DNA from: Spirochaetia bacterium
GTDB lineage: Bacteria > Spirochaetota > Spirochaetia > DSM-2461
NCBI GenBank assembly: GCA_963668315.1
Contig: OY764216.1
Span: forward strand, 3,392,001 to 3,456,000
Reading direction: 5' to 3'
Length of the DNA: 64,000 nt
A program made the translations under genes and the position numbers. The first letter of the stretch is position 1. Each line of letters starts with the position of its first letter. Under the pieces are notes generated by a model. That model was not told the origin of the DNA. It ran no database searches and worked only from the letters and a program-made list of their open reading frames with translations. Shown here piece after piece: positions 40,775 to 49,062 of the stretch.

Positions 40775-41617
40775 ATGGTATTATTGGAGAGTAAGCCTTC
40801 AGAATTTTTGCCTCACTTTTCTGGGGAGGGTCTTCCGGAATTTGAAGGTTCATCTTACTTCAATGCACGGTGGTATGATGCGGATACGGGGAGATTTATC
40901 ACAGAGGATCCGATTCGGGATGGGTTATTGTGGTATGCCTATTGCAACAATAACCCCATGAAGTTTACCGATCCGACGGGGATGATAGCGACTCATGGTT
41001 CTACTAAAGATGATGAAGAAGAGACTAAAAAGGCTGATGAGGAGAAAGAGAAAAAGCCTAGTGGTAGTGGAAAAAAGAAAGATGGCGCTGAAGAAAAATC
41101 TGAAGAAGAGAATATTTATGATAGAGAACAAGAATTAAGAGAATTAAAAGAAGAAAATGATAAGTATTTAACTAAATTACAGAACTATGAGCACTTTGGT
41201 CTTGATCCTGACTCTTTAAAAGAAGTTCCAGTTCCTCAAACTCCGTTTGATGAAAATGACGAACATTGTGATATAAATTCATGGAATCAAGCAAAAGATC
41301 AGGGGCTAGATCCAACTCCTCCAGGTGGAACTGCTTGGAATGGAAATGATTTAACTGTTGATGAAATCTCAAAATTATATCCAAATAAAACAGATGCACC
41401 ATTAGAAGGGACAAAAGGTTTTGGATTTATTGATAATGATGGCAATAAGGTTACAAAAGAACATATGATGTTTTATGATAATACTGATTCTGATCCAAAT
41501 ACATATAATGCTTATGATAGTAATGGAATTGATGATCAAACAAAAAAGACATGGTCAATGAATGGTGAAACTGTACGCAATGGATCATTTTATGCAATTA
41601 CTGAAGAATGGTGGTAG
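40775..41617 (+). CDS. Orphan Rhs tip module with putative Cys/His domain, related to 4341-5240
   Basis: Leader peptide identical to that at 39301; HCDINSW...KEHMMFYD...YDSNG; linker NYEHFGLDPDSL resembles NYDRFGPDPDSL. Confidence 0.85.
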   Translation: MVLLESKPSEFLPHFSGEGLPEFEGSSYFNARWYDADTGRFITEDPIRDGLLWYAYCNNNPMKFTDPTGMIATHGSTKDDEEETKKADEEKEKKPSGSGKKKDGAEEKSEEENIYDREQELRELKEENDKYLTKLQNYEHFGLDPDSLKEVPVPQTPFDENDEHCDINSWNQAKDQGLDPTPPGGTAWNGNDLTVDEISKLYPNKTDAPLEGTKGFGFIDNDGNKVTKEHMMFYDNTDSDPNTYNAYDSNGIDDQTKKTWSMNGETVRNGSFYAITEEWW

Positions 41618-41630
41618 GGTTAATGAAAAA

Positions 41631-42931
41631 GATAGTGTACAATAGTGTCTGTAAATTAGAAATAAAGGGGGCTTGAAAAAGTTAGCCAATCAGTCTTCGA
41701 TTAGTTCGACCAAAAACAAAAGAAGGCATCATGACTAACGAGGATTACTATACCGTTTTCGATCAAATGATTGAAGAGCTCCAGGCAGATAATCGAGAAG
41801 GATTAACAAAGGTCATAAGTTCAATAATGAATTTATCTATGCGGTTAGAGCAAGAGAAGGCAATCCAAGCCAGTCATTATGAACGGAATGACGATCGCAT
41901 TGGCCATAGAAACGGGTACAAAAGCAGGAAGATTCGAACTCGTGTAGGTGAGATCCCTATCGAGATTCCGCAGGTCCGTGGGATGGAATTCTATCCTGGC
42001 AGCATTGAAAAAGGGTGCCGCAGCGAAAGGGCGTTGAAAATGGCAATAGCTCAGATGTATATCCAGGGGGTATCAACTCGCAGAGTAACCAAAATTGTAG
42101 AACAGCTCTGCGGCTTCGAAGTTTCCCAATCCCAGGTTTCTGAAGCAACCGCACTGCTGGATGAAGAGATTTCTAAGTGGCGGAATCGCCCTCTGGGAGC
42201 TTTTCGCTATCTCATTGTGGATGCGACCTATGAAAAAGCTCGTGTGGATAGAGCTGTCGTTTCGGCAGCCGTTCTAATTGCTTATGGAGTTGATAATAAG
42301 GGAATGAGAAGGGTTCTTGGGATTTCAACAGAACTCAGCGAGGCTGATGTTCATTGGAGAAAGTTCCTCGCTGGATTGGTTGACCGAGGTTTACATGGAG
42401 TCAGAATGATAACTTCAGATGCCCATAGTGGTCTAAAATCTGCAATAGAGGCTGTTTTTCCTACGGTTCCCTGGCATCGCTGTCAGTTTCATCTCCAGCA
42501 GAATGCTTCTCATCACGTTCCCAAGAAGAGCATGGAGAAGGAGGTAGCAGAAGACATCAGAACTATTTTTAACGCACCCAATGGAGAAGAAGCGAAACGC
42601 TTTCTTTCAATGGCTGTTAAAAAATATGAGGAAACGGCGCCCGATCTGAGTAGCTGGATGGATGAGAATATCCCCGAGTCCCTTACCGTCTTCTCAATGC
42701 CAAAGGCTCATTGGCGACGGCTAAGAACTTCAAATTTGGCAGAGCGGCAGATGAAAGAAATAAAGAGGCGAACAAGGGTAGCCATGATATTTCCAAATAG
42801 GAAGTCCGTTGATCGTCTGATCGCGGCTCTGTTAATGGAAATAGATGAGCAGTGGTTTACAGGTAAAAGATATTTGAATATGGAGACTGATTAACTTTTT
42901 CTAATTTTACAGACAAAAGGGTTGCTTTATC
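41631..42931 (+). mobile_element. IS256-family element with 8-bp target duplication ATGAAAAA
   Basis: Imperfect IRs GATAGTGTAC...TGTCTGTAAA / GATAAAGCAA...TGTCTGTAAA; DR at 41623-41630 and 42932-42939. Confidence 0.93.
41731..42894 (+). CDS. IS256-family transposase
   Basis: HRNGYK, QGVSTRRV, VDATYEK, TSDAHSGL, RCQFH, RTSNLAER. Confidence 0.95.
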   Translation: MTNEDYYTVFDQMIEELQADNREGLTKVISSIMNLSMRLEQEKAIQASHYERNDDRIGHRNGYKSRKIRTRVGEIPIEIPQVRGMEFYPGSIEKGCRSERALKMAIAQMYIQGVSTRRVTKIVEQLCGFEVSQSQVSEATALLDEEISKWRNRPLGAFRYLIVDATYEKARVDRAVVSAAVLIAYGVDNKGMRRVLGISTELSEADVHWRKFLAGLVDRGLHGVRMITSDAHSGLKSAIEAVFPTVPWHRCQFHLQQNASHHVPKKSMEKEVAEDIRTIFNAPNGEEAKRFLSMAVKKYEETAPDLSSWMDENIPESLTVFSMPKAHWRRLRTSNLAERQMKEIKRRTRVAMIFPNRKSVDRLIAALLMEIDEQWFTGKRYLNMETD

Positions 42932-43567
42932 ATGAAAAAGATAAGTATTTTGTTATTGTTATGTCTTGGTTCCGTAGTTTTTTCGGAGGATGTTGTTCTA
43001 GAATATTATTTAGATGATGGAACTATTCAATATCGAACTGTTGACTCTAGTATTGAAGAGTTAAGAATCAATAAGGGGAAAACAACAAAAGTTCTTGGGC
43101 TTGAAAAGTTGATAAATTTAAAAACTCTTGTCATCGATCGAGCATATCGTATGAGTGACTACTCATTTATAGAAGAAGCTAAAAATCTCGAAGTATTAGT
43201 GCTTCGTTTTATGGAAATAGATAATTATGATTTTATTAGCCCTTTACATGAATTGAAAGCTTTAATAATCCAGTCTTCACAAATTAAAAACTATAAACTT
43301 AATCTATCAAATAATAGAGAATTGTCTTATTTAGAGATTACAAATTCTAAATTACAAAAAATGGTGGAGATTGAAAACTTCCCTTGTCATTTAGGTAAGA
43401 TAAACTTTGCATATAATTTAATATCAGATGTTACTTCCTATGAGGGACACAATTGTGATATTTTTCTTATTGGAAATCCGATTCCTGAGGAGAATTTTGA
43501 TAGTAATATCATTCTTGAAACATTTTATGATTTAATTCCAATAGAGTATCAAAGGTTTATTCAATGA
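42932..43567 (+). CDS. Signal-peptide leucine-rich-repeat protein, probable immunity protein for tip 40775
   Basis: MKKISILLLLCLGSVVFS; LRR units LEKLINLKTLVI, NLEVLVLRF, LKALIIQSS, LSYLEITNS. Confidence 0.78.
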   Translation: MKKISILLLLCLGSVVFSEDVVLEYYLDDGTIQYRTVDSSIEELRINKGKTTKVLGLEKLINLKTLVIDRAYRMSDYSFIEEAKNLEVLVLRFMEIDNYDFISPLHELKALIIQSSQIKNYKLNLSNNRELSYLEITNSKLQKMVEIENFPCHLGKINFAYNLISDVTSYEGHNCDIFLIGNPIPEENFDSNIILETFYDLIPIEYQRFIQ

Positions 43568-43578
43568 ACACAAAATTA

Positions 43579-43605
43579 CCGTCCTGTTCGTGGGGCGGCT
43601 TTTTC
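43579..43605 (+). terminator. Probable intrinsic terminator closing the Rhs array
   Basis: cgtcct-gttcgt-ggggcg stem (G-U pairs) followed by a T-run. Confidence 0.5.
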
Positions 43606-43648
43606 TTTATCCCAGCCTCGGGAGTGGTGCCGGGGCTGGGGATTAACT

Positions 43649-43960
43649 TCATTCTGCTTTCCTATACTGCTCAGAAACCTGCGCATTCTCCGGGAGCAAG
43701 TCGAAGAGGTTTCTTTCCTGAATCAGGTCCCAGGGGATATCATCATGTTTATCCCAGTTTTCCTGTGCGGTAATCATCTGCAGGTTTCTGAGGCGCCAAG
43801 CCTTTGTCAGATTGGGATCATCTTCCCCGGTCAGCTGATACAAGCACAGTGGAATGATATGATCGATATGAATGATCTTCCCATCTTCAAGCCAAGCTTC
43901 GTAAGGCTTATCATCCACAAAATAGTTGTGAAAATCCTTGGCATTCCACCCTAAGACCAA
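43649..43960 (-). pseudogene. 5'-truncated HNH-like endonuclease fragment
   Basis: HIDHIIP...WRLRNLQMITAQENWDK; the first ~19 codons of the tracked ORF lie inside the adjacent IS. Confidence 0.6.
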
Positions 43961-45308
43961 GATAGTGTCCAGACATGTTCGCAACTTTCCTTTCAAGAAG
44001 CCATCAAAATTCCCCATCAGGCAGCCTGACCTAATTTAATTCTTTGTTCATCTATCGATTTTTCACTGATATACCGTTTTCCCGAAGCCCAGTCTTCTGA
44101 GTATTCAATCAGGTAACAACAGACTAGTCTAAGGTAGGAGTCAATACTGGGAAAGATTCCCACAACACGAGATCGTCTACGGATTTCCCGATTCAATCGT
44201 TCCAGTTGATTGGTAGAAGCAGTTTTCCGGCTGTCTATTTCTGAGAATTCATAATACTGAAGAGAGTCTTCTAATCCGTCTTCAAGACAAGTCATGGACT
44301 TCGGAAATTGTTCTTCAAATTCCTCTATAATTCGGTATGCATATTCACGGGCCGATTGGGAGTTCGGTTGATTCCAAATCTGCTTAATTCTGCCGGCAAC
44401 AGCTTCTTTATCCCTGGCAGGAAGATGGGACAGGATGTTCCTCATAAAATGGATTTTACAGCGTTGCCAGGAGCAACCGATGAGTTCCTTTCTTATGGCG
44501 GCTTGAAGTCCCAGATGGGCATCAGAGACACAGAGCCAGGCATTTTTAAATCCTCTTGCTTTAAGAGACCTGAACAGTTCGGTATAAGTGCTTTCTGATT
44601 CTTCCTGCATTGGTTCAACAGCAAGGATTTCTTTGAATCCTTGTGAATTAACACCAGATACAACCATCACAGCCATATTTCTCACTCTTCCGTTATACCG
44701 GATCTTTTCATAGAGGGCATCAACCCAGATGACAGGATATTCTGAATCAAGAGATCGATAGCGGAATTCATCTACCTGTTCATCAAGTCCCTTATTGATT
44801 TCAGAGACCTGGCTGGCTGAAATATTTTCAATGCCCAGACTCATAGCCAATTTCTCAATCTTTCTGGTTGAAACACCGTTGATAAATGCTTCCTGGACAA
44901 CCTGAATCAGAGCTTGCTCGGATCTCTTCTTTTCTGTTACAAAGAAGGGAATATATCCGCCTTTTCTGAGCTTGGGGACAAGGAGATACAGTGTTCCAAG
45001 ACGAGTATCAAATCGGCGTGGTCGATATCCAGAAAAATGGGTGGATCTTCCCGTAGAATGAGACCCCTTTTGAGCTCCTACTTTATTCGCCGCTTCTATT
45101 TCCATAAGCTTTTCCAGTAGCCATTTCAATAAGCTGAAAATGGGATCCGGTTCCGAAATGAATTGGAGTAGCATTTTTTCCAGATTACCATTATCATTTT
45201 CCTTAGCCATCGTTTTCTTCCTCCATGGTTTTAGTTGTGCATTACCATTCTGGAGAATTCGATGGCTTCTTTCAATAATTAAAATTGCGAACTTGATTGT
45301 ACGCTATC
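43961..45308 (-). mobile_element. Second type of IS256-family element, no target duplication
   Basis: IRs GATAGTGTCCAGACATGTTCGCAA / GATAGCGTACAATCAAGTTCGCAA; flanks aagaccaa and taggaaat differ. Confidence 0.88.
44017..45210 (-). CDS. IS256-family transposase
   Basis: NGVSTRKI, WVDALYEK, VSDAHLGL, WQRCKIHF, STNQLERLNREIRRR. Confidence 0.95.
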   Translation of the reverse strand: MAKENDNGNLEKMLLQFISEPDPIFSLLKWLLEKLMEIEAANKVGAQKGSHSTGRSTHFSGYRPRRFDTRLGTLYLLVPKLRKGGYIPFFVTEKKRSEQALIQVVQEAFINGVSTRKIEKLAMSLGIENISASQVSEINKGLDEQVDEFRYRSLDSEYPVIWVDALYEKIRYNGRVRNMAVMVVSGVNSQGFKEILAVEPMQEESESTYTELFRSLKARGFKNAWLCVSDAHLGLQAAIRKELIGCSWQRCKIHFMRNILSHLPARDKEAVAGRIKQIWNQPNSQSAREYAYRIIEEFEEQFPKSMTCLEDGLEDSLQYYEFSEIDSRKTASTNQLERLNREIRRRSRVVGIFPSIDSYLRLVCCYLIEYSEDWASGKRYISEKSIDEQRIKLGQAA

Positions 45309-45469
45309 TAGGAAATTCGTCTGATATTTCCGAGGCTGATCTTATAGAGGTGCAATTTTGCACCTCTGGTTATCCGGGAAGTAATTCATTGATGAGACGG
45401 AGGATACCCAAATCAGAGAAGTCATAGAGTGATCTATTAGAAATTACATTATGAAATCTCAGTGAGAGG

Positions 45470-45498
45470 GTGACTTTAACGTTTTGATGTAATATAAT
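45470..45498 (+). promoter_or_regulatory. Sigma70-like promoter
   Basis: GTGACT-17 bp-TATAAT. Confidence 0.5.
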
Positions 45499-45541
45499 GA
45501 ATTAATTCATACCTGCCATACGCTTATGGAGTATGGTGGTT

Positions 45542-45572
45542 AAGCCCGGGATTATTATTCCGGGCTTTTTTT
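45542..45572 (+). terminator. Intrinsic terminator
   Basis: aagcccggga...tccgggctt stem followed by a T-run. Confidence 0.75.
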
Positions 45573-45805
45573 ATTCATAGAAAAAATGGTAGTTGAAAAA
45601 TAACTTTCTCCCTAAGTTGATGACAGGATGATATTCTTATCATTTGGAATCCTATGAGGTCTTTGTAACCCGGGTACTGTGAATCAGCAAAGGCTGGTTT
45701 AGAAACTGGGATAATCTGATTACGCTATTCGATAACCCTGACGAAATCAGGAAGATCATCTATACAGTCTAAATCAAAAACACGTGCTTGCATATGCTGA
45801 TTTCT

Positions 45806-45902
45806 ATACAACGTCGATTTCTGCGGTTTGCCGTAATAGGCGGATTTCTTGTGAAAACAAGAAATGTGACATAGGCAAATCCGTAGCAAATCCTTGTTGT
45901 AT
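45806..45902 (-). other. attC site (distal end of the array)
   Basis: ttctatacaac...gttgtatagaa terminal IR with inner pairing (ggtttgcc/ggcaaatcc, atttcttg/caagaaat). Confidence 0.75.
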
Positions 45903-45961
45903 AGAATCTATTATAGCGTAATTGTTGTTCTTTTTTTTTAAATAATTCTTTTTGATTTAAA

Positions 45962-46007
45962 TTTGGCGAAGCCCGGAGCGTAGTGGAGCATATAAACGCT
46001 GTTAGCT
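45962..46007 (-). other. Truncated attC site (R''/L'' half only)
   Basis: atttggcgaagcccggagcg...ctgttagct resembles the same half of the other sites; GTTAGC complements GCTAAC at 48240. Confidence 0.6.
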
Positions 46008-46151
46008 GAAGTTTTGTTTTCGGATTTTCTGATAGAAGATAATACTATACAGGGATGTATAGTATTTCCTCATTTTTTTATTGTTTTTGTAATATATCCA
46101 GACTATGATGAGTTATTCCTTGCATATCTTCTCGTTCACACGTGAAAAAAT

Positions 46152-47451
46152 GATAGAGCAACCCCTTTGTCTGTAAAATCAAAAAAGTTAATCAGTCTCC
46201 ATATTTAAATACCGCTTACCTGTGAACCATTGTTCATCTATTTCCATTAACAGAGCGGAAACCAATCTATCGACAGATTCCTTATTTGGAAATATCATAG
46301 CCACCTTCGTTCTTCTTTTAATTTCCCTCATCTGACGTTCTGCCAGATTTGAAGTCCTTAACCTTCTCCAATGTGACTTTGGCATTTTAAAGATCGTGAG
46401 CGCTTCAGGAACATTCTGATCCATCCAACTGCTTAGTTCTGGCGCAGTTTTCTCATACTTCTTCACCGCCATAGAAAGAAAACGGTTAGCCTCCTCTCCA
46501 TTGGGAGCGTTAAAAATGGTTCTTATATCCTCCGCGACCTCTTTATCCATACTTTTCTTTGGCACATGATGTCCCGCATTCTGTTGCAGATGGAACTGGC
46601 ACCGCTGCCAGGGAACTGTTGGAAAAACCGATTCTATTGCTGATCTCAGGCCGCTATGAGCATCGGAAGTTATCATCTTCACGCCATGGAGCCCCCGATC
46701 TACCAGACCGGAAAGAAAACCTCTCCAGTGTACATCGGCCTCACTGAGTTCTGTAGAAATACCCAATACTCGTCTCATCCCATTATTATCAACACCATAG
46801 GCAATTAGAACGGCTGCAGAAACAACAGTTCTATTCACTCGAGCCTTCTCATAAGTGGCGTCAACGACAAGATAAGGAAAAGCTCCCAGAGGACGATTAC
46901 GCCATTTGGTGATCTCTTCATCAAGGAGAGCTGCCGCTTCTGAAACCTGCGATTGGGAAACTTCGAAGCCGCAGAGCTGTTCTACTATTTTGGTCACTCT
47001 GCGAGTTGATACGCCTTGGATGTACATCTGAGCTATGGCCATTTTCAGGGCTCTTTCGCTGCGGCACCCCTTTTCAATGCTGCCAGGATAGAATTCCATC
47101 CCACGGACCTGTGGGATCTCGATGGGAATTTCGCCGACTCGAGTCCGGATCTTTCTGCTCTTGTACCCATTCCTATGCCCAATACGATCATCGTTCCGTT
47201 CATAATGACTGGCTTGAATTGCCTTCTCCTGCTCTAACCGCATAGATAAATTCATTATTGAACTTATGACTTTTGTTAATCCTTCTCTATTCTCTGCCTG
47301 GAGGTCTTCAATCATTTGATCGAAAACGCTATAGTAATCCTCGTTAGTCATGATGCCTTCTTTTGTTTTTCGTCGAACTAATCGAAGACTGATTGGCTAA
47401 CTTTTTCAAGCCCCCTTTATTTCTAATTTACAGACACTATTGTACACTATC
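46152..47451 (-). mobile_element. IS256-family element, diverged isoform of 41631-42931; 8-bp DR GAAAAAAT
   Basis: Same ends as the first copy; DR at 46144-46151 and 47452-47459. Confidence 0.93.
46188..47351 (-). CDS. IS256-family transposase
   Basis: 387 aa, closely similar to 41731-42894. Confidence 0.95.
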   Translation of the reverse strand: MTNEDYYSVFDQMIEDLQAENREGLTKVISSIMNLSMRLEQEKAIQASHYERNDDRIGHRNGYKSRKIRTRVGEIPIEIPQVRGMEFYPGSIEKGCRSERALKMAIAQMYIQGVSTRRVTKIVEQLCGFEVSQSQVSEAAALLDEEITKWRNRPLGAFPYLVVDATYEKARVNRTVVSAAVLIAYGVDNNGMRRVLGISTELSEADVHWRGFLSGLVDRGLHGVKMITSDAHSGLRSAIESVFPTVPWQRCQFHLQQNAGHHVPKKSMDKEVAEDIRTIFNAPNGEEANRFLSMAVKKYEKTAPELSSWMDQNVPEALTIFKMPKSHWRRLRTSNLAERQMREIKRRTKVAMIFPNKESVDRLVSALLMEIDEQWFTGKRYLNMETD

Positions 47452-48238
47452 GAAAAAATGGTATTTCATATAAATCTCAAATTCTTTGTCACTCATATTA
47501 TTCACGGTTTCTCTAAGATGATTTGTAAAACCATCTGTAGCTACATAGTTTAATCTTTTTACATTAAATTTGTTATTTAGGCTGTCTATATCTTCCTTTC
47601 TATGAAGTTCAAATAGATCTATCGGTTCTGACCGGGGCTTAAATTCCTCCGTATCTACCATCTCTTTTTCAATAAGATCCACAATATTTTTCTTTACAAA
47701 CCCATAATTTAAAATAGTTGCATCCGACATACAGTATGCTATTAGAATATAGCCTTTTGGTTTTGTTACCCTTATTGCTTCTGAAAGAGCTTTGAGTTTA
47801 TGCTCTTCTGTATAAAGATGGTACATAGGGCCAAATAACAACGTAATATCATAGAAATTATCTTCCAGAAAACTCAAATCTAGAGCGTTTCCTTTTTGCA
47901 CTGTAATATTCTTATGCTTTTCTATTTTTAATTTAAATATGTCAATATTTTTCTGTATCAGCTCTACGGCATCAACCTGATGACACTTATCAGCTAAAGC
48001 CAGGCTGTAAATACCTGTTCCAGCCCCAATATCCAAAATCTTCATATCCTGCGTAAGATATTTTTGAATATATTTCATAGTGGTTAAAAATTCGACTGAA
48101 CCATATTTTGAAAGGAGCCTTCCATCCTCATCAATATTATTATAGTATTTCTCAAGATGTTGAATTTCCATGTTACTCCTTCTTTTTTCTGACCACGGAT
48201 GGCCAGAAAACCGATAACGAAGCCGAAAACAAAAATTT

Positions 48239-48393
48239 TGCTAACGTTTCAGGCTTTTATGAAGTTACCAGGGACCCCCGCAGGGGTTGATAAAGCCTTG
48301 GGAAATTGTATCACAATTTTCCGAGGATTTGTCACTGGTAATTTGCCGAAGGCCAAGGAGCGAAGCGACGCAGCATTAAAAGCCTTGTTAGAT
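48239..48393 (-). other. attC site
   Basis: gctaacgtttc...ttgttagatgc; family-conserved inner ccccgcaggggttgataaa...tttgtca. Confidence 0.85.
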
Positions 48394-48456
48394 GCTGTTA
48401 TTGGCGGATAGACTGAAATGCGCGTCTAAATACATGGATGTATTTAGACGCCGGGT

Positions 48457-48839
48457 TCAAAGGAAGCGAAGTCCATACTGAATCGTATCCTGAATCATAA
48501 ATACCGTATTTATTGCATACATTCCAATGATGAATATTCCAACAAAGTACTTTAACCATTTTTTACTTGCATCGCTACAAGATTGATAGAATTTAATAGC
48601 TTGATAGGATGGATAAATCAAAACAATGTAAACGATGATGAATATGATCATTTTTTCTTTTTCCAATAGAAAATAATTACAAATATAAGACCTGAAAAAA
48701 AACTGTATAACCAAATATAAAAAGAAAATTTTAAGGCTTCATTTTTTGATAGTTGGGAAATAAATCGTAATAAAAAATAAGGAAATATAAAACAAAAAAT
48801 GTTTATGATTACTAATTTAAGTATTGATAGAAATTTCAT
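48457..48839 (-). CDS. Cassette membrane protein(s): two small ORFs with ATGA overlap at 48648-48651, or one frameshifted gene
   Basis: Two hydrophobic ORFs between attC sites; A-runs at the junction; GGAG upstream of 48839. Confidence 0.5.
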
Positions 48840-48923
48840 GTTCTTTTATCTCCAAATAAGTAGTATTCGTCTTGTGAGCCATGGATGGCGAGCCCTTTTT
48901 ATCTATAAATTGCCAATAATTGC

Positions 48924-49062
48924 ATCTAACGTTTCGCAAATATACGAAGTTGCCTGGTACCCCGCAGGGGTTGATAAATACAGGCAAAAGTATACCATAC
49001 TTTTCTCGGAGTTTTTCAAAGAAGCAATTTGGGTGAAGCGAAGCGGAACCAGCTATTCGCTG
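48924..49062 (-). other. attC site interrupted by IS110 (remainder at 50661-50668)
   Basis: Matches the other attCs up to ...ttcgctg and resumes as ttatatgc after the IS. Confidence 0.85.

Larger units (their letters stand above)
46078..48171 (-). pseudogene. Cassette class I SAM methyltransferase split near its 3' end by IS256
   Basis: ILDIGAGTG motif; removing 46152-47451 and one DR restores ...YHFF-TCEREDMQGITHHSLDILQKQ-stop (46078). Confidence 0.88.

Noticed and set aside
41631..47451. Composite transposon or inversion bounded by two inverted IS256 isoforms
   Set aside because: Each copy has its own distinct 8-bp target duplication, so they inserted independently
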